Source: a virus
Taxonomy: Duplodnaviria; Caudoviricetes
DNA: 64,000 bases
IMG/VR virus record: IMGVR_UViG_3300033463_006479
Location: 96,001-160,000 of that record
Reading direction: 5' to 3' (one strand)
Positions 20,504 to 30,376 of the stretch are shown here, piece after piece; within the stretch, counting starts at the first letter, position 1; the number at the start of each line of letters is the position of its first letter. The position numbers and the translations under genes are program-made. The notes under the pieces were generated by a model. That model worked only from the letters and a program-made list of their open reading frames with translations. It did no database searches and was not told the origin of the DNA.

Positions 20504-21277
20504 TTAAAACAATGGTTTTGCCGACCGTTCATCCTCTATGCGTTTTGTTGCTATGTCAAAATAGTCCTTGTTGCTTTCAAAACCTATATAATGTCGGTTT
20601 TCCTTTATGCAGGCGACTGCGGTTGTCCCGCTGCCTATGCAGTTGTCGAGAATCACATCGCCTTCATTTGAATATGTGCGTACAAGGTATCTGAAAAGTT
20701 CCAGAGGTTTCTGTGTCGGGTGCAGTCCGACCTCAACATTGAACTTCTGCCAAGATGAAGGAACTCTCATATCTGAACATTTGTTTGTTTCACGCACACC
20801 GAAATCCCTATAATTTGATGACTGGCTGTCAAACTTCACGTTGTACTGGACACGGGCAAGCCCGCTTCCGCTGCGTTCCTGCATCTGTTTGTTGTAAGTC
20901 CATTTGCCTTTGCTGAACACAAGGATTTCCTCGTGTTCCTTGAACGGCTCTCTGACCGTATTTGCGAAATTAGAGCCACGGTTTTTAATCCATATCCATT
21001 CGTGTCTGAAGTCCTTTATGTTACTCATAACAAGCATAGACGTGAACGGCTGGCTTGCTGTAAGGACAATGGCCGCAGTAGGTTTGCATATTCTGTCGTA
21101 TGCAGCCCATAATTTGTCAAAAGGTATAACGACATCCCATTTGTTCTTTGTAGTGCCGTAAGGCAAATCGCATATAACGCAATCAATGCTTTTGTCTGGT
21201 ATCCGCCTCATTCCTTCAAGGCAGTCCTCATTGTAAATGACATCAAGTTCCATCAAATGATGTTTTTGGTTCAACAA
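20504..21277 (-). CDS. DNA methyltransferase (N6-A/N4-C, beta class)
   Basis: DLPYG, HPTQKP, ILDNCIGSGTT. Confidence 0.9.
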   Translation of the reverse strand: MLNQKHHLMELDVIYNEDCLEGMRRIPDKSIDCVICDLPYGTTKNKWDVVIPFDKLWAAYDRICKPTAAIVLTASQPFTSMLVMSNIKDFRHEWIWIKNRGSNFANTVREPFKEHEEILVFSKGKWTYNKQMQERSGSGLARVQYNVKFDSQSSNYRDFGVRETNKCSDMRVPSSWQKFNVEVGLHPTQKPLELFRYLVRTYSNEGDVILDNCIGSGTTAVACIKENRHYIGFESNKDYFDIATKRIEDERSAKPLF

Positions 21278-21414
21278 TAATCATTCTCTCCAGTTATGGA
21301 ATGACAGCACCAAGTTCTGTCATCGCAATCCCAGCAGCAGCCGTCACAATGGTCGCTGTATTCGTTATACGCTTGAACTGGTTCGGTTTCTTCTGGCATT
21401 TGTCTGGTTTTCAT
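21271..21414 (-). CDS. small Cys-rich peptide
   Basis: Own translation MKTRQMPEETEPVQAYNEYSDHCDGCCWDCDDRTWCCHSITGENDYC; TATAAATA at 21415-21422. Confidence 0.45.
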   Translation of the reverse strand: MKTRQMPEETEPVQAYNEYSDHCDGCCWDCDDRTWCCHSITGENDYC

Positions 21415-21516
21415 TATTTATATAAACAAAAAAGCCGCACCAGATAACTGATGCGGCCTAAACATAGGTGAAAGACACGAAACCGAATATCAAGTCGGTT
21501 TCAATAAGGAAATGCA

Positions 21517-21900
21517 TTATGCCATAGAACCTTTTCGGTCATTGGCATATTTTTCAAAGAACATATTGAGCAACTGGTTAATCATTGTGCTGACCAATGC
21601 GGAAACAGTATCAACACCGACAAGTTTTCCTTTGTCAATATCTTCATATCCGATTGCGCCATTGACAAAAACTTTCGTTATGCCGTCATAAGCGATACCG
21701 ATACTGACATTGGCGGTTTTGTCCGTATCAATGACAGATTTTAGAATGTCAGACACAAGTTTAAACATTGCCTGCGTTGTGATTGCAGTAGTTCCATAAA
21801 TGGTTTTTACTGGTGTGTTCACCTCAACATAAACAGACGGGTTTCCGAACATCGCTGCTTTTTCCACGACTTCGGTTTTTGTTTCAGATTTGAAAAACAT
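21517..21900 (-). CDS. hypothetical protein
   Basis: 127-aa ORF. Confidence 0.7.
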   Translation of the reverse strand: MFFKSETKTEVVEKAAMFGNPSVYVEVNTPVKTIYGTTAITTQAMFKLVSDILKSVIDTDKTANVSIGIAYDGITKVFVNGAIGYEDIDKGKLVGVDTVSALVSTMINQLLNMFFEKYANDRKGSMA

Positions 21901-21925
21901 AATTTTTGGTTTGGTTAATAATATG

Positions 21926-22000
21926 TGGTCAAGGCAGGACTCGAACCTGCGACCTCTTGTGTATCAGACAAGCTATCTAATCCAGCTGATATACTTGACC
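21926..22000 (-). tRNA. tRNA-Ile(GAU)
   Basis: Cloverleaf, loop CTGATAC. Confidence 0.9.
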
Positions 22001-22006
22001 ATTTTG

Positions 22007-22077
22007 AGTTCTTGGTTGGATTTGAACCAACGTTGACGGTTTTGCAGACCGCCTCCTAACCGCTCGGACACAAGAAC
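22007..22077 (-). tRNA. tRNA-Cys(GCA)
   Basis: Loop CTGCAAA. Confidence 0.9.
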
Positions 22078-22276
22078 ATATAAAGCGGCACACATAGCAT
22101 TGTGCGTTCCGCATAAGCAACCTTCAGCACAAGAAAACTTTTAAAGAGGCAGTTGCTCTCAAGGGATAGAGTTTGCCTTACATCCGATACAACCATTTTG
22201 AATGCTTGGCTATTCTTTTCTTATTTGAGTCGGAGACATAATACAATTTTTGCCGCATAATGTTTGCCGCATTTTG

Positions 22277-22528
22277 TTGGCACGGAGGGAATCGAACCCC
22301 CACTGAAAACCGTGTTCCTGCTTTTTCGGTTTACCGCTGCTTTATTTCCAATTTATTGCCAGCGGTCTCTTCTTTTGCAATGGCGTTCCGTATAATCGTC
22401 TTTTGGAATTGCCAGATAATACTTTCCGCTATGCCGACTGCTTTACTTTCGGCGAAGTCCAGTTGAGCCAAGCCCCGCACCCGCAAACGCTTTCGCTTAA
22501 TTGCGGATGGTTCTGTACCACAGTGCCA
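22277..22528 (-). ncRNA. tmRNA-like ~250-nt tRNA mimic
   Basis: TGGCAC/GTGCCA acceptor, T-arm GGGGGTTCGATTCCCTC, AGAACC/GGTTTT helix enclosing ~190 nt. Confidence 0.5.
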
Positions 22529-22535
22529 ATATATA

Positions 22536-22607
22536 CGAGAAGCGAAGAATGTTCCAAGTTAAATTGATAGGATTTAATTGTAATTCAAGTTTGCTGTATG
22601 CTTCTCT
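22536..22607 (-). ncRNA. stem-ACAGCAA element
   Basis: GAGAAGC ATACAGCAA ... GCTTCTC. Confidence 0.55.
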
Positions 22608-22631
22608 TTTGTGTTGTTTTATGTCAAAGAA

Positions 22632-23078
22632 CTACCACTTTTCTGGAAACTTAACCGTGAACGGCTGGTTTCTGTAAAGGTATTTGTCATATTGCATTTT
22701 ATGCTTGCGCATATTGTCAAGTTCGGTGAAATCAACCTCAATGGGACATTTTCCGCCAAGTCGGAACAATTTATATTCATATTTTCCTTTGTCCTCGGAA
22801 AACAGATTTCCATTACGAAGTGCATAAAGTGTTTCACGAAGTTCCAACCAGAGTTTCTGGTTTGGCGAGTTTGCGTTTTGTACGGATTTTGGATAAGACT
22901 TCTTGTTTTTCTGCAAATACCCATAACAACGATTCGCATAAGCCTCTCCCAATTTGATTACGCCATAAACTTTGACACGTTTGGGTTCAAACGACATAGA
23001 GAACGAGTTTTCGCAATAGCCGCAGATTTCGCCAGTAGTCAAATCCTTTCTCAATATGACATATCTTCTGTCTTTCAT
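22632..23078 (-). CDS. basic hypothetical protein
   Basis: 148-aa ORF after the early promoter at 23099; boxA-like GTTCTTTGACA follows its stop. Confidence 0.7.
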   Translation of the reverse strand: MKDRRYVILRKDLTTGEICGYCENSFSMSFEPKRVKVYGVIKLGEAYANRCYGYLQKNKKSYPKSVQNANSPNQKLWLELRETLYALRNGNLFSEDKGKYEYKLFRLGGKCPIEVDFTELDNMRKHKMQYDKYLYRNQPFTVKFPEKW

Positions 23079-23098
23079 ATCCGTTTTTGTTTACGCCG

Positions 23099-23165
23099 CA
23101 AAAATACAACAATTATTTCAAATGTCAATACTTTTTCAAAAAAGTTATCAACAGAGTTATCAACA
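23099..23165 (-). promoter_or_regulatory. early promoter with paired upstream repeat
   Basis: ATTG-N19-TATTTTTG; gttatcaacagagttatcaaca. Confidence 0.75.
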
Positions 23166-23531
23166 AGAGGAATCAACAAGACATCCTTCAGAAAACGGCT
23201 TGTCTTCTGGCTTTATGTTATATGGAAAGTCAATAAAGCACAATATACTTGTCTGCGGAACTTTCAATTCATATTCACAAATGACATCTTTCAAAAAGAA
23301 ATTAATCTCAATCTCTGTTTCAAAGTCATATCCAAATCTATCGGAAATCACTTTTCCAAACCAGAGCCTTCCGTCACTTGAAGCATCAAGCGCAGTCCTT
23401 TGTGCTGCCTTTACAGCAACGCCATCCTTAAATCTGATATACTTTTGTAATTGTATGCACCAATAATACTTGTCTTTCAGCTTGTAATATTTGTCAAATT
23501 CTATCATAACATATAATTTAAAGTTGTTCAA
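23160..23531 (-). CDS. hypothetical protein
   Basis: 123-aa ORF. Confidence 0.6.
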   Translation of the reverse strand: MNNFKLYVMIEFDKYYKLKDKYYWCIQLQKYIRFKDGVAVKAAQRTALDASSDGRLWFGKVISDRFGYDFETEIEINFFLKDVICEYELKVPQTSILCFIDFPYNIKPEDKPFSEGCLVDSSC

Positions 23532-23763
23532 CGATTTTTATGAATTTGCCGTTTTTTCTGAAACACATCATATCATCAATGCGGAATTTCCATTTTTTAG
23601 ACCATATAGAAACAACAATAGTGTTATTATTAGGCATACTTATCACTTTACCTTTAAGCCATTGCAACGGCTTTTTTGAAGGAACTTCACAATATGATGT
23701 CGGCAATGCCATTTTAATCCGCATACCGACATACGGCTCGGTTATGTCTTTTTTATTTTTCAT
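23518..23763 (-). CDS. hypothetical protein
   Basis: From MKNKKD, ATGA overlap. Confidence 0.6.
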   Translation of the reverse strand: MKNKKDITEPYVGMRIKMALPTSYCEVPSKKPLQWLKGKVISMPNNNTIVVSIWSKKWKFRIDDMMCFRKNGKFIKIVEQL

Positions 23764-24782
23764 TGTTCTGAAATTATTGGTTTGATTACACGCATACAAT
23801 CTCTTGTAAAATTATATCGGTCAAGATAGTTTCCAGCAACAACAGCATCATAGACTTTTCCAACTTCTGTCGTGCTTTCAACAACATTGGTTGTCGCCGA
23901 TGCGAACTGGTTGTTATCATCAATCATAGAGCATACCATCAAAAGTGGCTGTTTTATATAAACTGGGTTTTTAAATCTGTGAGGCATAATGTAATATACA
24001 TTGTCCTCGCAAGCACAAGACGTACAATACCCACCAATTTTTTCAAGAAATGCTTTTTTCTTGAATGCCAAAGGTTGTGATGATGAAGATAAAAACGACC
24101 AAGAATAGTCAGTATCAGATGTAACAAATGAACTTTTCAAAACCAAAGAGATGTATGGTATTCTTATTGTGTCATTTCTATAAATTATTTGTTTCAATTT
24201 TATTTCACCTTTTAAGTATTTGTCTTTGTATTCCGAATATCCAACGCCATCAAAACCCATATTGTCAAGTATTTCTATAGGTCTTGTGTCATCTGGCATT
24301 TTTGATAATCCGATTTCTGTATTATGGTTATAAAACGCACCGCTTACCAGATTTTGACTAATACACCAAGAACGCATACCCGTAAAAAATTCGCTGTCCT
24401 TATATGTATTCACAGCATTTTGTATCTTTGACAAAGTGCCTTCATAAATGAAATCATCACTATCAAGAGTGAATATCACATCGGAATCACCGTCATAAGA
24501 AGCCAAGTCTATGCACTTGTTACGCATAATGCCATACCTACCATTCTCAACAGAAATACCATCAAGCGGGTCGTGATAGACTTTTATTTTCTCTTTGCAA
24601 TGTTTAAACGAAACGCCTTGCATTTCTACGAAGAATCGTTCAACATATTCTTTGACACAGCCATCTTTTGAATTGTCAAGAATAATCCATTCCCAATCAT
24701 CAAAATCTTGCGAACAAACATTTATAAGACGAGCGTTCTGCCAAGGAACTATTTTATTGCACGGCGTAATTATACTAATCAT
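23760..24782 (-). CDS. glycosyltransferase family 2
   Basis: MISIITP, EWIILDNSKD, LDSDD DxD motif, ED motif. Confidence 0.85.
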   Translation of the reverse strand: MISIITPCNKIVPWQNARLINVCSQDFDDWEWIILDNSKDGCVKEYVERFFVEMQGVSFKHCKEKIKVYHDPLDGISVENGRYGIMRNKCIDLASYDGDSDVIFTLDSDDFIYEGTLSKIQNAVNTYKDSEFFTGMRSWCISQNLVSGAFYNHNTEIGLSKMPDDTRPIEILDNMGFDGVGYSEYKDKYLKGEIKLKQIIYRNDTIRIPYISLVLKSSFVTSDTDYSWSFLSSSSQPLAFKKKAFLEKIGGYCTSCACEDNVYYIMPHRFKNPVYIKQPLLMVCSMIDDNNQFASATTNVVESTTEVGKVYDAVVAGNYLDRYNFTRDCMRVIKPIISEQ

Positions 24783-25051
24783 TGCATATTGTCAAAAAAT
24801 GTTATGATAATGGGTGAATTTTGAATATACGGAAGTGAGCGTATGGTGTTGTATGATATAAAGTCAGCGGCTTCGTCCGCATCCATACCATCAACTTCCA
24901 TAAGATGCTCAATCATCTTGTCGTAGTCATACACAGCCCTGCCGTCATCAGTAAGGCCGACACAAGCAGTGTCATAAGACGGGTCTTCAAAAACAACGGT
25001 TTCCTCATAACCGAAGTTTGACAAAAATTCTTTAAGTTCCTCTTGTTTCAT
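24779..25051 (-). CDS. conserved phage hypothetical protein
   Basis: AVYDYDKMIEHL ... YNTIRSLPY. Confidence 0.75.
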   Translation of the reverse strand: MKQEELKEFLSNFGYEETVVFEDPSYDTACVGLTDDGRAVYDYDKMIEHLMEVDGMDADEAADFISYNTIRSLPYIQNSPIIITFFDNMQ

Positions 25052-25071
25052 ATTATAAATGGTTTAATTTG

Positions 25072-25157
25072 CGGAGGCGGTAGGATTCGAACCTACGGGG
25101 GTTATTAGCCCCAACGGTTTTCAAGACCGCCGCCATAAACCACTCGGCCACGCCTCC
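25072..25157 (-). tRNA. tRNA-Ser(UGA)
   Basis: Loop CTTGAAA, long variable arm. Confidence 0.9.
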
Positions 25158-25192
25158 ATACATATATAATAAAAAATAAATGGAAATGTTTG

Positions 25193-25263
25193 CAGGCAGT
25201 CAAGGACTCGAACCTCAATCTCTGGTTTTGGAGACCAGCATTCTACCATTGAACTAACCACCT
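25193..25263 (-). tRNA. tRNA-Trp(CCA)
   Basis: Loop CTCCAAA. Confidence 0.9.
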
Positions 25264-25401
25264 ATAAGGCGGATATATTACCGACAGCCCGCCACTGTCC
25301 GCCGACACATACGATTCGGTGTTGAATGCGGCAACCTATCGGTTGGCTTCAAGAATGGTACGTTCCAGACTACTTGAGCTCATTTCATCTGACTTTTATT
25401 G

Positions 25402-25484
25402 CGGAGAGCAGTGTACTCGAAACACACTCCATAGGAGCAGCACGTTTAGCAGACGGCTACAGCAGCCTCACTGTTTTACTCTCC
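25402..25484 (-). tRNA. tRNA-Ser(GCU)
   Basis: Loop CTGCTAA, long variable arm. Confidence 0.8.
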
Positions 25485-25491
25485 ATAAAAT

Positions 25492-25641
25492 TGCTTCCAC
25501 GACTGGACTCGAACCAGCAGTACCGCCGCTAATCGTGTTGTCGGCGGGCAACCTTTACGTCTCACTCCCAAGACTACTATCTAACAGACCACGACATCTG
25601 TATCAAGCGTAGGTATACCAAATTCCCTATCACGCAGAAGT
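25492..25641 (-). ncRNA. tRNA-like RNA with expanded anticodon domain
   Basis: Acceptor CTTCTGCG/CGTGGAAG, D arm and GGTTCGAGTCC T arm; ~60 extra nt. Confidence 0.55.
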
Positions 25642-25643
25642 TG

Positions 25644-25718
25644 TGCGAGGTGAGGGATTTGAACCCCCGACTCCCTGCTTGTAGGGCAGGTGTTCTGAAC
25701 CAACTGAACTAACCTCGC
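25644..25718 (-). tRNA. tRNA-Val(UAC)
   Basis: Loop CCTACAA. Confidence 0.9.
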
Positions 25719-25855
25719 AAAAAACACGCCAAACCAGTCTTGTATCGTCAAATTAAACTAACCGCTGGCACAAACCATATGGCATTTTATGGTTGCTTTT
25801 CAAAGGCCAGCAATGTGCCCACAACGAAGGGACACAAACTTTGGCGTTTGTTTTG

Positions 25856-25929
25856 TGCCGCTGGGTGGATTCGAACCACCGTCTCCTCCTTATGAGAGAG
25901 GCGCAAGAAACCACCTCCGCTACAGCGAC
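25856..25929 (-). tRNA. tRNA-Met/Ile2(CAU)
   Basis: Loop CTCATAA. Confidence 0.8.
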
Positions 25930-25949
25930 AGAATTAGTCGCACTATCGC

Positions 25950-27800
25950 AGGACTATAAGCTCCGAAGAACTAAACATAGTCAAAAGTGGTCACACCACT
26001 TTCACTACGTTCACCATCTGATTTGTTCATCAGACTTCTTCGGAACGACAACAGCACATCTTTAACTTTCTCACGTTTGAGTTTTCTCGGTTCGTATGCG
26101 CCGTTGCCAAGTCGTTTTAAGAGCGAATCACGCAACACGGTTACGGTCACTCTGTTCTTTATATTGACAGATGCGTTGTGGTCTGCATTGTCCTTATGCC
26201 CGCATTCAACGCATTCAAAGGTCTCTTGGCTCGGTCTGTTTTCATCTGCGATGCAACCACAAATCGGACACATCTTTGAGGTGTAACTCGCCTGCACTGT
26301 TGACAATGCGATACCATATTTCCTTGCAATGTGTTCAACCTCATCTTTTAGACTGCTCAATCCGAGGAACTTGACCTTTCTATTGTAGTTTATATCCTCG
26401 TTGTCTTTATCCTTGATGTAACACCTTCCAAAACCATTGTCAAGGTCTTCCATAACGATGTGGTCAACACCATCCAACATCAACGACTTGCACATCTTTG
26501 AAATGAGTTCTTGTTCGGATTTCTGCATCTTCATCTTGAGTGTGTCAAGTTTCTGCTGTTTGCGCTTGCCGATGGTGTAGTTCTTGTCTTTCTTCAGTTC
26601 GTCCACTTTCAATGACAGTTTGCAGAAGTCATTGACTAACTTACGGTTGTAGTCATAGGCAGTTTCGTTTGACAGACTGAAGAGATTGTGCTTGCAGTTC
26701 ACGTCAATTCCTACCACGTTGTCTCCTGCTTCTGGTATGTATCTCTGACCATCCTTGCACAAGTTGATATTGACTTGATGGTATTTTTCGTTGAATGTAA
26801 GCACATATTCGTAGTCGGGATTGGATTTGCGGTAGTCATTCATACTTCCGTGCCAATCCTTGTTGAACCTCACTGGGATGTCAAACGACTTTCTTTCGAT
26901 TCCAGACAGACTGACAAAGGAGTTGATTACCGAACCAAACTTCTTGTTGTAGTCAATGATTCTCGTCTTCCTGCACCTGCCTCCGAATGACAATGACTTG
27001 AACTCAATCGGATGCTCGGAATAACAATCGATGATTCTGTTTCGTTTCCGCAAGGCAAGTTCCATAAGTCTGTCAAAACCGAACTTGTTACAGCAACGTA
27101 TGATGTTGTTGTAGAAGTCTCGCTTCTTGTCATCGCAGGTCTCCAACTGCTTGATGATATATTCCAATGTGTTATCGTTTCCGTATCTTGCAAGATAAGT
27201 CAGACAGATTGACAATGGTGTTTTGCTATTCTCCGTTACGACATTCTTCAAGTCGCCTTTCTTGTTCTTCTTGGTGTCACGCTTGTAGAACTCAAATCCG
27301 ACAAATCTTATAACTTCAAAGTCAAGGTGTTTTCGGATTGCTTCAAACTTGTTCTGGTAGCAGTTGAACACTTGTGTATATAGTTGCATATCAAACGAAC
27401 TCGGAATGGCATCCTTGTATCTCGCCCTCATCCCCTTCAAGAAGTCGAATTTTGAATATTCAAGGTACTTTTCAAGATTGGAGTTCACATATTCGGAAAC
27501 AAGGTTCTTATGGTCACGCAGCATAACAGCAAACGAATGTAAATCGTCATACTTCTGACGTGTTAAGTCGTTTGACTTGAATGTTTTTGTGTATTTGCTG
27601 TCTATGACCATATTACAATAAAAAAGAGGCATTAAACTTGCGGCAGTAATGCGAGGAGTGCCATCAAGGATAAAACCTCTGTATATCTTTATTGTTATTT
27701 TGAAACGACTCCTCGCTTTCGTTTCATTATATAAATAGTCTTAAACTATAATATATTTATACGAGTTACTTTTGAACATTTTTGACTACTTTTGAATAGG
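25950..27800 (-). mobile_element. non-autonomous tnpB element (IS607/IS200-605-like)
   Basis: CCT at both junctions, three ~10-bp TCAAAA repeats at the left end, hairpin GACTATG..TTCG..TATAGTC at the right end, no tnpA. Confidence 0.55.
25971..27632 (-). CDS. tnpB: large TnpB/Cas12f-like RNA-guided nuclease
   Basis: RuvC-I VGIDVN, RuvC-II IVMEDL, CPICG/CVECG Zn finger, RuvC-III ADHNASVNI. Confidence 0.85.
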   Translation of the reverse strand: MPLFYCNMVIDSKYTKTFKSNDLTRQKYDDLHSFAVMLRDHKNLVSEYVNSNLEKYLEYSKFDFLKGMRARYKDAIPSSFDMQLYTQVFNCYQNKFEAIRKHLDFEVIRFVGFEFYKRDTKKNKKGDLKNVVTENSKTPLSICLTYLARYGNDNTLEYIIKQLETCDDKKRDFYNNIIRCCNKFGFDRLMELALRKRNRIIDCYSEHPIEFKSLSFGGRCRKTRIIDYNKKFGSVINSFVSLSGIERKSFDIPVRFNKDWHGSMNDYRKSNPDYEYVLTFNEKYHQVNINLCKDGQRYIPEAGDNVVGIDVNCKHNLFSLSNETAYDYNRKLVNDFCKLSLKVDELKKDKNYTIGKRKQQKLDTLKMKMQKSEQELISKMCKSLMLDGVDHIVMEDLDNGFGRCYIKDKDNEDINYNRKVKFLGLSSLKDEVEHIARKYGIALSTVQASYTSKMCPICGCIADENRPSQETFECVECGHKDNADHNASVNIKNRVTVTVLRDSLLKRLGNGAYEPRKLKREKVKDVLLSFRRSLMNKSDGERSESGVTTFDYV

Positions 27801-27898
27801 TTTATCAACTTCTGTTGCTATCCCAAAGCGTCCGACTTCACGGAAGGAATCCTCACGTGCTGAACTCCTATAATATCATTAAAAATATGAAAAACTTG

Positions 27899-27981
27899 GG
27901 CGTAGGGTGGGATTCGAACCCACATATAGAATAAATCCACAGAGCCACAATCTGTTGCATAGCCATTCTGCCACCTACGCC
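27899..27981 (-). tRNA. tRNA-His(GUG) with long variable region
   Basis: Loop TTGTGGC, G-1:C73 pair. Confidence 0.8.
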
Positions 27982-27986
27982 ATATA

Positions 27987-28341
27987 TTAAAATTTTATTT
28001 TTCTACCATTACCATTTTTATCTTTAACAGAAACTGTATTTTTCATAGATTTCCAACCATAATCACCTCCAGTTTTCATATTATAACACATTATATCTTT
28101 GACTAAAAAATCGGTTACAATTTCTGATTCATACGCAAATGCTTCTTCGGCAGAATCAAAAAAAACAAACAATTTCTTTTTTAAAGTTTTCAATACCATA
28201 TTTTTTATAAGCATATCGCAAACGCCGCCCACTGCCCATATATCCATCATCTAAATTGTTTGTGTTATGAACACCATAATAAAAATGATTATTTATGCAA
28301 TTTGTTATTTTATAAAAATAATGATATTTGTATGTTTTCAT
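27987..28341 (-). pseudogene. GIY-YIG (Seg-like) homing endonuclease, frameshifted
   Basis: [20 protein letters not shown] in one frame, AFAYESEIV..YNMKTGG in another; shift at a homopolymer near 28160; TATAAATA at 28363. Confidence 0.75.
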
Positions 28342-28421
28342 TATCGAACTTTATTGTTATATTATTTATAATGTCAAAAGTTCGACAATTCCCATTATAA
28401 TGTCGTTATAACAAAAAAATC

Positions 28422-28509
28422 CGTGCGGGTGAGACTCGAACTCACAATGTGCGTTTGCGGGACTTTTCTTTTTCAAGAAAGTTGCGGATACCGTTCCGCA
28501 TACCCGCAC
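28422..28509 (-). ncRNA. tRNA-like RNA with non-canonical anticodon arm
   Basis: Intact acceptor, D and T arms; arm ACTTTCTTGAAAAAGAAAAGT has no 7-nt loop. Confidence 0.6.
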
Positions 28510-28721
28510 AGATTATGGTTTGCCGTTCTTTCACGGCAGTCATCGGATATTTTGGTGAGGGCGGTTATCCGTAACCGCAATATTATGGAAAATTAACAAC
28601 GTCAAACAAATTATGCGCCATATAACTCATATTTTAAATTATGTATCATATAACGCATAATCTTCGTCTCTCCGAAATGTCGCCACGCATTCTTTATACT
28701 CGTTGGTGTGGTTGAACGAGT

Positions 28722-28794
28722 TGTAGCCACAGCAGGACTCGAACCTGCGGCCTGCTGGTTGTCCAGCTTATCTACCACTGATATATGCGGCTAC
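28722..28794 (-). ncRNA. tRNA-like RNA with 4-nt anticodon loop
   Basis: GCTGG-ACAA-CCAGC arm; extended acceptor GTAGCCGCA/TGTGGCTAC. Confidence 0.65.
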
Positions 28795-28859
28795 GGGAGC
28801 AGTGTGCGTTGCTCCCAACAGCAGGCTATCGCACACGACCTGCTGTTTGTCAAAAAGTC

Positions 28860-28957
28860 TGCAAGGAGGGTAAAAGAGTCGAACTTTTTAATAACCATTA
28901 TGAAAGGTTGCTGTAGTTTTCTATGATACAAGAAAAACAATCATAACCTCCGTTGCA
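28860..28957 (-). ncRNA. tRNA-like RNA carrying a permuted ACAGCAA module
   Basis: TTTTTCTTG..AGAAAAC TACAGCAA inserted 5' of a CAT loop; T loop GTTCGACT. Confidence 0.5.
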
Positions 28958-28965
28958 GACTATTG

Positions 28966-29038
<73 letters not shown>

Positions 29039-29047
29039 TAACACAAG

Positions 29048-29119
29048 AGCGGTGTATGAGAATCGAACTCACATCTCTGGCTTGGCAAGCCAGCGCACTA
29101 ACCGTTGTGCTAACACCGC
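29048..29119 (-). tRNA. tRNA-Gly(GCC)
   Basis: Loop TTGCCAA. Confidence 0.9.
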
Positions 29120-29136
29120 ATTTGAAGCCAATGGCA

Positions 29137-29421
29137 TTATCGTATAATTATGTCATTGATTTCTTCAAACGGAACGAAAACGTCATAGCCGTCATCGTCC
29201 TCAAAATGGTTAATTTCTTCTTTGAACCAAAATCCGAATTTGTATCTGTCATATACGAATGTTTCGCCATTCCATTCAGCCATATTAGCATTGCGGCAAA
29301 CACCGTTATATCTACGACCGACCTTCAATTCGGATTTCGGTATGGGTTTTATAGAATTAATGTCCTTTTTGTTTATGCCAGCATAAATTCTGGCTTTTCT
29401 GTCAAGTTCGTTTTTATCCAT
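29137..29421 (-). CDS. conserved phage hypothetical protein
   Basis: YNGVCRNA..AEWNG..FVY.RYKFG..HFEDDDGYDVFVP. Confidence 0.75.
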   Translation of the reverse strand: MDKNELDRKARIYAGINKKDINSIKPIPKSELKVGRRYNGVCRNANMAEWNGETFVYDRYKFGFWFKEEINHFEDDDGYDVFVPFEEINDIIIR

Positions 29422-29432
29422 TTGGATTGTTT

Positions 29433-30338
29433 TTAGTCACTGACATTCGGTTTGTTGCCGATTGCACCAGTGAATTTGTTAGTAAGTTCAAGAAGTTCAT
29501 TCTTATTCATATTGATAACACAGCATTTCATTTTGCTGTTCGGGTCAACCAGATATGCGCCAAGCCATCTGTGATGTCCGTCAAGAATGAAATTGTCTTT
29601 TGACACGATTGTGATGGGGCTTTTGTCATTTGGTTTAAGCAACCAGTCCATACCTTCTTTCGTGGGTTCTTCCTTGCCACCGAGAGGGATTGCCATATAG
29701 ATACTCTTTATGAAGAAAATCTGTTCTTGGATTGGTTTCAGTTTGCTGACTGGAATATCAACGACAGCACCACTGACTTGTTCCTTTTTATCTCCGTCAC
29801 CAGCTGTGAGCCATTTTTTACTCAATTCTTCGTCTTTGTCCAAATCAGCCTGCACCTTTTTTGCAAGTTCTTTATCCTCGCCGATAACATCAATGAAACC
29901 GTGTTGCAATAAGAACTTCAATGTAAGAACTTGGTTTGCCATAACCGTTTTTCTTTTGTTGTGGTCTTCAACACCACCATCTTCCAAAGCATCATCCATC
30001 ATTTCTGTTCTCGGTGCGCTTTCCTCATCTTCTTTTCCCTTACCAACACCTTTGAAGTTTGAATTGTTGATTACTGGCATTTCGCCACGTTTGTAAACAC
30101 CGAATTTGTCGGCAAATTTTTTTGCTGAATCATAATTGGCTTTAAAAGTTTCCTCATTATCGTATATTTCGGAAAACTTGTCATCAAGCATTTCTTTTGC
30201 AACCTCAACTGCTTTGTCAGCGTTTGTTTTGCGAAGTTCCAGTTTCGCATATTTTTTTCTCACCTCATTGGCTTTTGCGTAAGTATATTCTTCGTTGATG
30301 TGTCTACTTCTAAATTCGTTAAATTTCAATATCTTCAT
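29433..30338 (-). CDS. ParB/Srx-like domain protein, putative virion-internal
   Basis: ILDGHHRW motif; MKILKFNEFRSRHINE N-terminus; TATAAATA at 30359. Confidence 0.75.
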   Translation of the reverse strand: MKILKFNEFRSRHINEEYTYAKANEVRKKYAKLELRKTNADKAVEVAKEMLDDKFSEIYDNEETFKANYDSAKKFADKFGVYKRGEMPVINNSNFKGVGKGKEDEESAPRTEMMDDALEDGGVEDHNKRKTVMANQVLTLKFLLQHGFIDVIGEDKELAKKVQADLDKDEELSKKWLTAGDGDKKEQVSGAVVDIPVSKLKPIQEQIFFIKSIYMAIPLGGKEEPTKEGMDWLLKPNDKSPITIVSKDNFILDGHHRWLGAYLVDPNSKMKCCVINMNKNELLELTNKFTGAIGNKPNVSD

Positions 30339-30376
30339 AACAGTAATTTTTTATGATATATTTATACGACATAAAA

